Below, piece by piece: positions 36,476 to 45,655 of a DNA stretch of 64,000 bases. Position 1 is the first letter of the stretch. Every line of letters begins with the position of its first letter. This DNA comes from an uncultured Thermoplasmata archaeon (lineage in GTDB: Archaea > Thermoplasmatota > Thermoplasmata > RBG-16-68-12), in contig CAVYJM010000006.1 of NCBI GenBank assembly GCA_963768855.1, positions 576,001 to 640,000 of the forward strand. Direction: 5' to 3'. The translations under genes and the position numbers were made by a program. A model generated the notes under the pieces. That model was not told where the DNA came from and searched no databases. It saw only the letters and a list, made by a program, of their open reading frames with translations.

Positions 36476-37450
36476 ATGTCGGAGAACTCACGCGGAATTT
36501 CGGGAAAGGCCGTGGCGCCGGGGATCCTCCTCGTGTTCCTGACGGTCCTTTTCAGCGGCGTCTCGAACTTCGTGAACGCGCAGGCCCTCGGACAGAACCC
36601 CGCCTGGAATTCGGACCTGTTCGTAACCCTGCGGAACGTGACCGTGGCGCTCCTGCTCGTGCCTCTGGTCTTCCTGGCCGGCCGGACCGCCCATGCTCGG
36701 CTCAGCCGGGTCGACTGGCTCAAGCTCGGGACGATCGGCCTCGTCGGCGGGGCGATCCCCTTTGTGCTGTTCTTCCGCGGACTCCAGATGGCCGGATCCA
36801 GCGGCGCGGCAACCGCCACGTTCGGGTACCGCGCCCTGTTCCTCGTCGCGGCGGTCCTCGGCGTCGTCTTCCTGAAGGAGCGTGTCTCCCCGCGCCTCGC
36901 GCTGACGGCAGTCCTCCTCCTGGCGGGGAACGCCCTTCTCCTCTCCCTGACCGCGCCGATCTGGACGGACGGGACGGCCTACGTCCTCCTGGCCACGGTC
37001 CTCTGGGCGGGCGAGTACACCCTCTCAAAGCACACCCTCCGGAACGTGTCGTCCGGGACGGTGGCCCTGGGCCGGATGGGCTTCGGCGGGGCCTTCCTCC
37101 TGGTCTACGTCGCACTCACGGGCCAGCTCTCCGGATTCGCCGCGATCAGCGGGCCGCAGTGGGGGTGGATCGCCCTCAGCGTGATCCTGCTCCTCGGGTT
37201 CGTGACGACCTGGTACGCAGGACTCAAGACGGTCGACGTGAGCCTGGCGACCGCCATGCTCGTCCTCGCCTTCCCGATCACCTGGGCCCTGGGATTCCTC
37301 GCGTCGAAGAGCACGTTCGGGCTGCCCCAGCTCGCGGGCGTCGTGGCGATTACGATCGGCGTCGCACTGGCCGTCGGCCTGGCCTCCCTCCGGGAGACCT
37401 GGAAGGCGGTCCTCGCATGGATCCGGACGAGGGCGCTCCGCGCGGAGTGA
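36476..37450 (+). CDS. DMT/EamA family transporter
   Basis: Two EamA repeats, ~10 TM ('GAIPFVLFFRGL', 'VVFLKER', 'TWYAGLK'). Confidence 0.88.
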   Translation: MSENSRGISGKAVAPGILLVFLTVLFSGVSNFVNAQALGQNPAWNSDLFVTLRNVTVALLLVPLVFLAGRTAHARLSRVDWLKLGTIGLVGGAIPFVLFFRGLQMAGSSGAATATFGYRALFLVAAVLGVVFLKERVSPRLALTAVLLLAGNALLLSLTAPIWTDGTAYVLLATVLWAGEYTLSKHTLRNVSSGTVALGRMGFGGAFLLVYVALTGQLSGFAAISGPQWGWIALSVILLLGFVTTWYAGLKTVDVSLATAMLVLAFPITWALGFLASKSTFGLPQLAGVVAITIGVALAVGLASLRETWKAVLAWIRTRALRAE

Positions 37451-37453
37451 TCG

Positions 37454-38188
37454 ATGCAGGGCGTCCAACTGGCGGCGCGGTTCAGCATCGCGACGAACCG
37501 CCTGAAGTACTGCGGGCCCGCGGACGCGGAGCCCGCCCTCTTCCGGACGATCGTGGAAGGCAAGGACCTCGCCGCCTCGAGGAACGCCCTCCTGCACTTC
37601 GAGGCCCTCGAGCCCTACCTCACGGCCATCGCGGCGAAGCACGGCCTGGACCCGCTCGATCACGACGTCGTCGAGGCGTACTGGATCGGCAACAAGCTCC
37701 TCGACGACTTCACCCGGGACGACTTCCGGGGCGTCCTGGACACCCTCACCCGGCGCGGCCTGCCGCGGACCATGGCGGATGCTTTCGCCGCGCACTTGCC
37801 CGAGCGTCCCCTGCCCCACCACGTCTTCCACGTGAGCTACGTCGGCGTCGGGAACGTCACGGGCCACGTCAAGACGACCCTGCCGAACATGGAGGCGTGC
37901 CGACCCGCTTGGGCCCGCGTCCTCCGGATTTCGAAGGTCGGACTTGAGGTCGAGAAGCCCCCGCTCGAGTACGTCCGGGGCCGGCTGCGGCTCGGGGCTC
38001 CCGTCCGGGAGACGGTCGCGTACGATCCGAAGGTGCTCCGCGGGATTGCCGCGGGGGACCATGTGGCCCTCCATTGGAACTGGCCCGCGGTCATCCTGAC
38101 GGACGGCCAGCTCACGAACCTCAAGGAATACACGGAACGCTCCCTCTCCGCCGCGAGCGACGCCCTCGCCGACCTGCGCGCCCCGTGA
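37454..38188 (+). CDS. DUF6390-like protein with C-terminal HypC-like segment
   Basis: 'N.L.YCGP', '[11 protein letters not shown]', 'PHHVFHV', 'GDHVALHW'; DUF name is from recall and needs an HMM check. Confidence 0.75.
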   Translation: MQGVQLAARFSIATNRLKYCGPADAEPALFRTIVEGKDLAASRNALLHFEALEPYLTAIAAKHGLDPLDHDVVEAYWIGNKLLDDFTRDDFRGVLDTLTRRGLPRTMADAFAAHLPERPLPHHVFHVSYVGVGNVTGHVKTTLPNMEACRPAWARVLRISKVGLEVEKPPLEYVRGRLRLGAPVRETVAYDPKVLRGIAAGDHVALHWNWPAVILTDGQLTNLKEYTERSLSAASDALADLRAP

Positions 38189-38194
38189 CCGCGT

Positions 38195-38842
38195 TCAGCC
38201 CTCGACGACCGTGATCGTCCCACGCATGTATCCCGGCGTCTCCATCGAGGACGCGTCGCAGGGGGCCAGGCAGTGCCACGTGAACGAACCCGTGACGTTG
38301 AAGTAGGCCCGGAAAGTGACGATCATGGGGTCCGCCAGGCTGTTCGCGCGGGGGACCGGCACGTTCAGGGCATAGCCGCCCTGGTCCAGCGTGAAGGTGT
38401 GCGACACCTGGTCCGCGGGCACCGCGGCCATGTCCATCCCCTGGGCCTCGGAGGCCGCCCGCATCGTCTCCATGCCGCCGAGGGTCCCCACGACCCGCGC
38501 CGACTCGCTGGCCACGGGGTTCGAGACGTTGTCGTAGTTCGTGATCGTGACGAGGACGAGCGTGTGCGCGGGCACCGTGAAGTTCGCGGGCAGGTAGCGG
38601 TCGAGCCCCGTCGCGAAGTCGAACCCGATCGTCAGGAAAAGGTAGCCGGTCCCGGGCCCCGACGGTCCGGGACCCGGGCCCCCGGGTCAGGTAGCCGACG
38701 AGCCCGCCGCCGATGAGGCCGAGGACGAGCGACGACGACCGACGGCCAGGACTATCGTGCCTCGCGTCGGCGGCCGGGTCCCCCGCATCGTCCCGGGATG
38801 TGCGTTGCCGTCGATGCGGTCCTCGTACCCGTGGTTGGACAT
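38195..38842 (-). pseudogene. membrane-anchored cupredoxin-like protein, frameshifted
   Basis: ATG 38842 after GGAGG-like SD; TM helix; 'PANFTVPAHTLV.VTITNYD', 'HTFT', 'WHCLAPC....M....M.G.ITV'; at least 2 frame changes in 38640-38760. Confidence 0.7.
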
Positions 38843-38999
38843 GCCGCTCCTTCCTCCCTACCGACGGGGAGGCGTGGGACACTGTATCTTGCCCTTGCGC
38901 AAGTACTGTACTTGGCGGGCGGTGTCGGGCGCACCGCGGCGACGCGAATCGCCCGACCCTGGTTGCGATTCGCCGGTCCAGGCCGCCGCGGTCCCCGCC

Positions 39000-40105
39000 T
39001 CACTTCGTCTTCCACGACAGGGCGCGCGCGGGGATCACGAAGAAGATGACCGCGATGACCGCGGTCACCGCTAGGTCGACGAGTGCTGCCCCATCGTTGC
39101 CCAGGACCATCGTGGACCGCAGGCCTTCGTTGAGGTAGGTCAGCGGCAGGAAGTTCGCGACGGTCTTCAGGTACGAGGGGAACAGGTCGATCGGGAAGAA
39201 GGAGCCGGAGAGGAACATCATCGGGAAGCCGATCGCGTTCGCGATCGCCGCCGAGGTCTCCTGGTCCCGGATGAAGATCCCGAGGAGCATGCCGAGCGAG
39301 GTGAACTCGACGGTCCCCGCGACGATCAGGAGGACCGCCACGGGCGTGATCGTGCCGTCCATGTGGAAGACGAAGACGCCCGCGACCAGGATGAGGACCA
39401 CGGAGACGAACATGAGCAGGGTGTAGAACAGGATCTTGGCCGCGAGCCATTCCGCCTTCGAGAGCTTCGTGGTCGCGAGGAATTTGAAGTACTTCCGGGT
39501 CCGGTACTCCGCGCAGATGCCCGTCATCCCGAACAGCGGTGTGGTGAGGACGGTGAAACCGATGATCCCCGGCAGGAAGAGGTCGATGTACTTCTCGCCT
39601 CGTTCGGAGACGGTGCCCGTCGTCAGATGGACGACGGGCTGGGTCGTTCGTCACGGCAAAGTTGAACCCGGTGATGGCTCCCGCCGACGGCGGACGCGGC
39701 GATGCCGAACGGGGACTGCGTCGGGTCGCCGTACAGGGTGACCGTTACCGTCGCGTTCGGGTCCCCGGCCTGGGCCCGGGAGACGTTGTCCCCGAACCCC
39801 TCCGGAATCAGGAGAGCAGTGTTGATCGAGTTCTCACGGATGTAGGTCGTGATGTTCACGTTACTCGGGATCGGGTTGTAGATGAGGATTGTCGTGTTGT
39901 TGAGGGCTTGGACGAACTGCCAGCTCGCCGTGGTTCCGTCCAGGTTCTGCACGTAGATCGGCAGGGTGGAGGTTCCACTGCCGCTGAAGATGGCGCCGAA
40001 GAGCAGGATGATGATGACCGGGAATGCCAGGGCAAAGAACGTCCCCGTGCGAGACCGCAGGTACTGCATGCCGAAGGCCTTCGCGTCGGCCAGGATACGG
40101 CTCAT
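39000..40105 (-). pseudogene. ABC-2 type transporter permease, two +1 frameshifts
   Basis: Removing one base at ~39681 and one at ~39643 joins the two ORFs through 'GAITGFNFAVT...GEKYIDLFLPGIIGF'. Confidence 0.8.
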
Positions 40106-41037
40106 TAGGCGAGCTCACCTTCCTTCATACGTGCGCCGATGAGCCTCAGGAACACATCCTCGAGGGTGGGCCTTCGGGTGTAGATTTCCTTCAAGGGCAT
40201 TTCGATTGACGCGACCTTGGCGAGCGTCCACCGCACGAGGGACGGGTCGTCCACGTGGACCAGGACGTTCCCGTTCTCCTGCTGCGCAACGATGCCGCGC
40301 GCCCGTAGCGCCTCGTAGCCCGCTTGGCCTGCGCCCGCTAGGACGATCGTGGTCCCGTGGCCGTAGCGGGTGATCAGCTCCTCGGGCGAACCGCGCGCGA
40401 CGATCCGGCCCTTGTTCATGATCGCGACGTCGTCGGCCAGCTGCTCGGCCTCGTCGAGGTAGTGCGTCGTCAGGAGGACCGTCTTCCCGGCCGATTGGAG
40501 GGAACGGATGAGCCCCCAGAGTTCTCGCCGGGCGCCGGGATCGAGCCCGGTCGTCGGCTCATCGAGGAAAACGAGGTCCGGGTTCCCGACGAGGGCCATC
40601 GCGATCCCGAGGCGTCGCTTCTCCCCGCCGGAAAGGTTGATTCCTTGGGTGTCCGCCCGGGAGGTGAGCCCGACGGTCTCGATGATCTTCGCAATCTCCT
40701 CCTCGCCCATCTTCTGATCGAAGAGGGAGGACCAGTACTCGACGGCCTCGGTGGGCTTGAGGCGGTCGAACGGCTCGAAATCCTGGGGGAGGACGCCGAC
40801 GCGCTCGCGGATGCGCCGGTATTCCCTCGTCACGTCGACGCCGAACACCTTGGCGGATCCCGCGGTGGGATCCCGGAGTCCCTCCAGAATCTCGACGGTC
40901 GTCGTCTTCCCGGCGCCGTTCGGACCCAGGAGGGAGAAGATCTGCCCGGGCCGGACCTCGAAGTCGATGCCGTCCACGGCCTTGATGTCCGGGTACTCCT
41001 TGCGGAGCCCCCGCACCTCGATGGCGAGATCCACCAT
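40105..41037 (-). CDS. ABC-2 type transporter ATP-binding protein
   Basis: GPNGAGKTT, LSGGEKRR, LDEPTTGLDP, TTHY. Confidence 0.95.
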   Translation of the reverse strand: MVDLAIEVRGLRKEYPDIKAVDGIDFEVRPGQIFSLLGPNGAGKTTTVEILEGLRDPTAGSAKVFGVDVTREYRRIRERVGVLPQDFEPFDRLKPTEAVEYWSSLFDQKMGEEEIAKIIETVGLTSRADTQGINLSGGEKRRLGIAMALVGNPDLVFLDEPTTGLDPGARRELWGLIRSLQSAGKTVLLTTHYLDEAEQLADDVAIMNKGRIVARGSPEELITRYGHGTTIVLAGAGQAGYEALRARGIVAQQENGNVLVHVDDPSLVRWTLAKVASIEMPLKEIYTRRPTLEDVFLRLIGARMKEGELA

Positions 41038-41100
41038 TCCTCGGCCCCCGGCGAGGAACGGGGACTGGCCTTATGGAGTTTGTCGCGCACGGGTGCCCGC

Positions 41101-41475
41101 CTACGGATCCTCGAGGACCAGGGTGGCCCGCCGGACGACGAACCCCCGTCCGCCTCGGAGCTCCAGGGCGGCCCCGCAATCCGGGCAGAGAGCGCGGGGC
41201 AGCTCGTGGCCGTGGCCCGTGGGGAGCTCGAAGGGTTTCGCGGCCTTGCAGGACGGGCACACGGCCGTGGCGGGTACCAGGGAGACCCGGAGGACCGCGC
41301 CGTCGAGGAGGGTGTTCGCCGCCTCCAGATCGAAGGCGGCCTGCAGCTCCTGCGGGTTCAGGCCCTCCAGCTGGCCGAGATCGATGTCGATCGCCTTGCA
41401 GCCGCTCGCGCCCCGCTGGTCCATCTCCGCCAGGACCACGCGGACGACCTGCTGGGCGATGACGGTTTCATGCAT
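41101..41475 (-). CDS. hypA: hydrogenase nickel-insertion protein HypA
   Basis: N-terminal MHE, CPSC and CPDC zinc pairs, 'GRG' tail. Confidence 0.92.
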   Translation of the reverse strand: MHETVIAQQVVRVVLAEMDQRGASGCKAIDIDLGQLEGLNPQELQAAFDLEAANTLLDGAVLRVSLVPATAVCPSCKAAKPFELPTGHGHELPRALCPDCGAALELRGGRGFVVRRATLVLEDP

Positions 41476-41689
41476 CGCCGGCGGCCTCGACCTCGTCCCA
41501 CGCCTCGAGGATCTCCTCCGCCTCCTTGCGCTCGACGGTCATCATCGCGACGCCGCCTTGCACGAGGAGATACTCGCCGACGCGCGTCTTCACGTGGCTC
41601 GCGTCGACCTCGCGCGTCCAGCCGCGGGAGGTGACGACGGCCTTCTTGCCGCGCATCTCGAGGACCTTGGCCGGAACGGTGAGACACAT
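41468..41689 (-). CDS. hypC: HypC/HybG/HupF family protein, conserved His replaced by Gln
   Basis: MCLTVPAKV N-terminus; 'VGEYLLVQGG' where HypC normally has 'VG..VLVHVG'. Confidence 0.88.
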   Translation of the reverse strand: MCLTVPAKVLEMRGKKAVVTSRGWTREVDASHVKTRVGEYLLVQGGVAMMTVERKEAEEILEAWDEVEAAGDA

Positions 41690-41806
41690 TTCGGTGACCC
41701 CGATTCGGAGACCCTTTTCGGCTCCGTCCCAAATATACCATCTATATGTACAAAACGTTAGCGACGTTCAAGTCGAACGGACCCCGTCGAATTGGTCGGC
41801 GGGACT

Positions 41807-42373
41807 GTGATCGAAATCCGCTTCCATGGTAGGGGAGGCCAAGGCGCCGTCATCGCGTCGGAGCTCCTTGCGCAGGCCGCCTTCCTCGAAGGTAAGCATC
41901 CCCAGAGTTTCCCGTTCTTTGGAGTGGAGCGCCGCGGGGCCCCCGTGACCGCCTTCACCCGCATCGACGACGCACCGATCCAGATCCGCACCAGCATCAC
42001 CGAACCGGACATCGTCGTCGTCCTCGACGCCGGTCTGATGCGCACGATCAACGTCACCGCGGGACTCAAGTCCGACGGGCTGATCCTCGTCAACACCGAG
42101 AAGGCCCCGGAGAAGCTCGAGGTCGCGTTCAAGGGTCGCCTCTCCACGATCGACGCGACCCGGATCGCCCTGGACCACGGCCTCGGCTCGAAGGCCATGC
42201 CCATTGTGAACACGGCGGTCCTCGGAGCCCTCGCCCGCGTCAGCGGGATTGTGTCCCTGGACTCCGTGCGGAAGGCCGTCGAGCGCTTCGTCCCCGCAAA
42301 GCAGCAGGCGAACGTCCTCGCGGTGGACGATGCCTATCAGCAGGTCCTCTCCCTGACGGCGGTGGCCCCATGA
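41807..42373 (+). CDS. porG: 2-oxoacid (pyruvate/ketoisovalerate):ferredoxin oxidoreductase gamma subunit
   Basis: '[11 protein letters not shown]', '[10 protein letters not shown]'. Confidence 0.92.
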
Positions 42374-42645
42374 CGAAGTACGAGGTGGAGGAAGACCTCC
42401 CGGAGGCGCCCATCGCGACGACCCCGAGCGACGTGATCCACACCGCATCCTGGCGGACGTTCCGGCCCGTCATCGACCTAACTCTCTGCACGAAGTGCAA
42501 CGTCTGTTGGAAGTTCTGCCCGGACAACGCGATCGCGTTCGACGGCGTCGGCTACCCGGTCATCCGCCTGGACTACTGCAAGGGCTGCGCGATCTGCGCC
42601 GAGGAGTGCCGGCCCAAGGCGATCGTGATGGTCAAGGAGGAGTGA
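42370..42645 (+). CDS. porD: 2-oxoacid:ferredoxin oxidoreductase delta subunit (2x 4Fe-4S)
   Basis: 'WRTFRPVID..CTKCNVCWKFCP', 'CKGCAICAEEC'. Confidence 0.92.
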   Translation: MTKYEVEEDLPEAPIATTPSDVIHTASWRTFRPVIDLTLCTKCNVCWKFCPDNAIAFDGVGYPVIRLDYCKGCAICAEECRPKAIVMVKEE

Positions 42646-42647
42646 CC

Positions 42648-43823
42648 ATGACGGAGCTCGTCATCAGCGGGAACTACGCGCAGTCCTACGCCGCGAAGCT
42701 CGCGCGGGTCCATGTCGTCTCGGCCTACCCGATCACCCCTCAGACCTCGATCGTCGAGAAGCTTGCGGAGTTCGTGGCCTCCGGCCAGCTCGACGCGGAG
42801 TACATCAAGGTCGAGTCGGAGCACTCCGCGCTCCAGGCGTGCATCTCCGCGTCCGCCCTCGGCGCCCGCACGTACACGGCCACATCGAGCCAGGGTCTCC
42901 TGCTCATGCACGAGCTCCTGCACTGGGCGGCCGGTGCCCGGACGCCCGTCGTGATGGGCGTCGTGAACCGCGCCGTCGCGCCGCCCTGGTCCATCTGGAC
43001 GGACCACACGGACACCGTGGCGCAGCGGGACACGGGCTGGATCCAGTTCTACGGAGAGAGCAACCAAGAGGTCCTCGACACGACCCTGATGGCCTTCCGC
43101 CTCGCGGAGCACCCCGAGGTCCGCCTCCCTGCCATGGTCACGGAGGATGCGTTCTACCTCTCCCACACCGTCGAGCCCGTGGACATCCCCTCCCAGGAGG
43201 AGGTGGACCGGTTCCTGCCGCCGCGCGAACTCAGTTCCACGATCCGGGTCGGCACAGGCATGCGGCTCGGTTCCTTCACCGGACCCGACCTGTACATGGA
43301 GTTCCGCCACAAGATCGCGCGGGCGATGGGCCGCGCGCGGGACGTGTTCCTCGAGATCGAGGACGACTACGCGCGGATCACCGGGAGGAACCACGGCGGC
43401 CTCTTGCCCACCTACAGGACCGACGACGCGGACACCGTGCTGATCACGATGGGCACCGCGACGACGACCGCGAGGGGCGTCGTGGACGCGATGCGCGCGG
43501 ACGGCCACAAGGTCGGCCTCGCCAAGCTCCGCACGTTCCGTCCGTTCCCCGTCGAGGAGCTCCGGGACCTGGGGGCCGGCGTCGACCGGATCGGCGTGCT
43601 AGACCGTTCCTTCACGTTCGGGGCCGCGGGTGCGGCGTTCACTGAGGTCGCGGGCACCCTGTACTCGCTCCCGCAGCGGCCGATCCTGCGCGACTTCGTC
43701 GCGGGCCTCGGCGGTCGCGACATCACCGCCGCAACAGTCCAGGAGGCGTTCCTCGATCTCCTGACCCGGGACGGGCCGGAATCTGAATGGGTCGAGCTCA
43801 AGACCCGCCAGGGGGCGGCCTGA
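42648..43823 (+). CDS. porA: 2-oxoacid:ferredoxin oxidoreductase alpha subunit
   Basis: 'AYPITPQT', 'VESEHSA', 'TATSSQGL', 'FRPFP'. Confidence 0.93.
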   Translation: MTELVISGNYAQSYAAKLARVHVVSAYPITPQTSIVEKLAEFVASGQLDAEYIKVESEHSALQACISASALGARTYTATSSQGLLLMHELLHWAAGARTPVVMGVVNRAVAPPWSIWTDHTDTVAQRDTGWIQFYGESNQEVLDTTLMAFRLAEHPEVRLPAMVTEDAFYLSHTVEPVDIPSQEEVDRFLPPRELSSTIRVGTGMRLGSFTGPDLYMEFRHKIARAMGRARDVFLEIEDDYARITGRNHGGLLPTYRTDDADTVLITMGTATTTARGVVDAMRADGHKVGLAKLRTFRPFPVEELRDLGAGVDRIGVLDRSFTFGAAGAAFTEVAGTLYSLPQRPILRDFVAGLGGRDITAATVQEAFLDLLTRDGPESEWVELKTRQGAA

Positions 43824-43824
43824 C

Positions 43825-44715
43825 ATGGCCCGCCTGACGATCCCGGCCGAGGAGCTCATGCGGTCGGGCCACAGCGCATGCCCCGGCTGCGGCGCGACCC
43901 TCGTCATGCGCTACATGCTCAAGGGCCTCGGGAAGCAGACGATCGTGACCGTGCCGGCGTGCTGCTGGACCGTCATCGCGACGCCGTTCCCGACGACCGC
44001 GCTGGACGTGCCCATGCTCGACTGTGCGTTCGAGGCCACGGGCGCATCGATCTCCGGCCTGCGGGCGGCGGCGGACAAGCTGGGTCTGAAGGACGTGACG
44101 ATCGTCGGCTTCGCCGGGGACGGCGGCACGGCGGACATCGGGCTCCAGGCGCTGAGCGGCATGCTCGAGCGCCGGACGGACGGCATCTACGTCATGTACG
44201 ACAACGAGGCGTACATGAACACGGGCGTCCAGCGGAGCGGCGCGACGCCGGAGGGTGCCTGGACGACCACCACGCCCGTCGACGAGCTGTCCCACGGCAA
44301 GCTCGAGCCGAAGAAGGACATCATGGCGATCGTCGCGGCGCACCGGCCTGCCTACGCGGCGACGGTCAACGTCGCGTTCCCCGAGGATTTCGTCAAGAAG
44401 GTGCAGAAGGCGAAGGCGATCCACGGCTCTCGATTCATCCACGCGCTCGCACCCTGCCCTCCCGGGTGGCGGTATTCCTCCGAGAAGACGATCGAGGTGG
44501 GCCGCCTCGCGACGGACACGAACATCTTCCCCCTCTATGAAATCGAGAACGGGGTCTACCGCATCACGCGCAAGCTCGGCGTCGCGAAGCCCGTCCAGGA
44601 GTACCTCCGGACACAGGGGCGGTTCGCCCACCTGGGCGAGACGGAGGTCGCTCAGATCCAGGCCGAGGTCAACGCAGCCTGGAAGCGGCTGGTCGCGCTC
44701 GAAGGCCTCGCGTGA
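43825..44715 (+). CDS. porB: 2-oxoacid:ferredoxin oxidoreductase beta subunit (TPP-binding)
   Basis: 'ACPGCG', 'GDGGTADIG', 'DNEAYMNTGVQRS', 'APCP'. Confidence 0.93.
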   Translation: MARLTIPAEELMRSGHSACPGCGATLVMRYMLKGLGKQTIVTVPACCWTVIATPFPTTALDVPMLDCAFEATGASISGLRAAADKLGLKDVTIVGFAGDGGTADIGLQALSGMLERRTDGIYVMYDNEAYMNTGVQRSGATPEGAWTTTTPVDELSHGKLEPKKDIMAIVAAHRPAYAATVNVAFPEDFVKKVQKAKAIHGSRFIHALAPCPPGWRYSSEKTIEVGRLATDTNIFPLYEIENGVYRITRKLGVAKPVQEYLRTQGRFAHLGETEVAQIQAEVNAAWKRLVALEGLA

Positions 44716-44834
44716 TCGGCTTGCAGGGAACGGTGGGATGAGCCCGCGGGCAGGTCGTTCCGCAAGTACCCACGTTCTCAGGTACGGTCAATCGCACCGA
44801 AACCTTAAACAGGGGTCGGGCCAACTCCGCCTCC

Positions 44835-45413
44835 ATGTCTTCTCCACCCCCTGGTGGCCCGCAGACCCCTCCGCCATCGTACCCGCCGCAGTATCCGCAG
44901 CAATACCCGCCGCAGCAGCCTTACTATGCGCAGCCCGCGGCCCCACCGCCGAAGAAGTCGAACACGGCGCTGATCGTCGTCCTGGTCGTCGTCGTGGTGA
45001 TCGTGGTCGTTGCCGTGATGGCCTGGTGGGTCTTCACCTCCCTCATGGCTCCGGTGAACAACGCCCAGAACGTCACGGTCACGGGGGTCAGCTGGACGGT
45101 CGACTATCCCGGCTCCGTCAGCTACTTCGGCACGTCCCCGCTGACGACCTGCAGCACCTGCCCGATCCACGCCACGATCTACAGCCCGTTCAACTACGTC
45201 CTGTCGCTGACGAACTCGGACTCGTCGTCGCACAACGTGACGGACATCACCCTCTCCGGGTTCCAGTTCACGATCGTGAGCACGACCCCGACGATCACCT
45301 CGGGGTCCCCCTTGGTGTTCACCGCAGGTCAGACCCGGTCCATCACGCTGAGCATCCAGGTGACGCCGCTGACCGGCAACGGAGTGATGACGGGAACGAT
45401 CACGACGACCTGA
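44835..45413 (+). CDS. single-pass membrane protein with P/Q/Y-rich cytoplasmic tail and T/S-rich extracellular beta domain
   Basis: 'PPSYPPQYPQQYPPQQPYY', KK then TM helix, several N-x-T/S sequons, 'CSTC'. Confidence 0.8.
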   Translation: MSSPPPGGPQTPPPSYPPQYPQQYPPQQPYYAQPAAPPPKKSNTALIVVLVVVVVIVVVAVMAWWVFTSLMAPVNNAQNVTVTGVSWTVDYPGSVSYFGTSPLTTCSTCPIHATIYSPFNYVLSLTNSDSSSHNVTDITLSGFQFTIVSTTPTITSGSPLVFTAGQTRSITLSIQVTPLTGNGVMTGTITTT

Positions 45414-45444
45414 TCCCATCGCGCGTCCGGCCCGTCGCCGCGGC

Positions 45445-45606
45445 TCACGCCTGGCCGACGAGCTCGAAGCCTCCGAAGGCCACGGCCGGCACGTAGGCAC
45501 AGCTCGGCGAGCCGTAGAACGCGTCGCGGGCTTCCAACTCGAGGTCGCCGAACTCGGCTCCGGCGGCCTCGAGTGCGCGGAGGACGGCGGAGAATGTGTC
45601 GGCCAT
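45445..45606 (-). CDS. small hypothetical protein, 53 aa
   Basis: MADTFSAVLRALEAAGAEFGDLELEARDAFYGSPSCAYVPAVAFGGFELVGQA; GC3-rich codons; follows hycI on the same strand. Confidence 0.55.
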   Translation of the reverse strand: MADTFSAVLRALEAAGAEFGDLELEARDAFYGSPSCAYVPAVAFGGFELVGQA

Positions 45607-45655
45607 GGTACGGCTCCCGCGCGGCGCAGGCCGGACGTCACTGAAGCGGTTTGCC

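Noticed and set aside
38640-38690. Clustered CCCGGG/GGGCCC palindromes as MITE ends or a repeat element
   Set aside because: They fall inside a GC-rich Gly/Pro coding linker; no terminal repeats or target duplication
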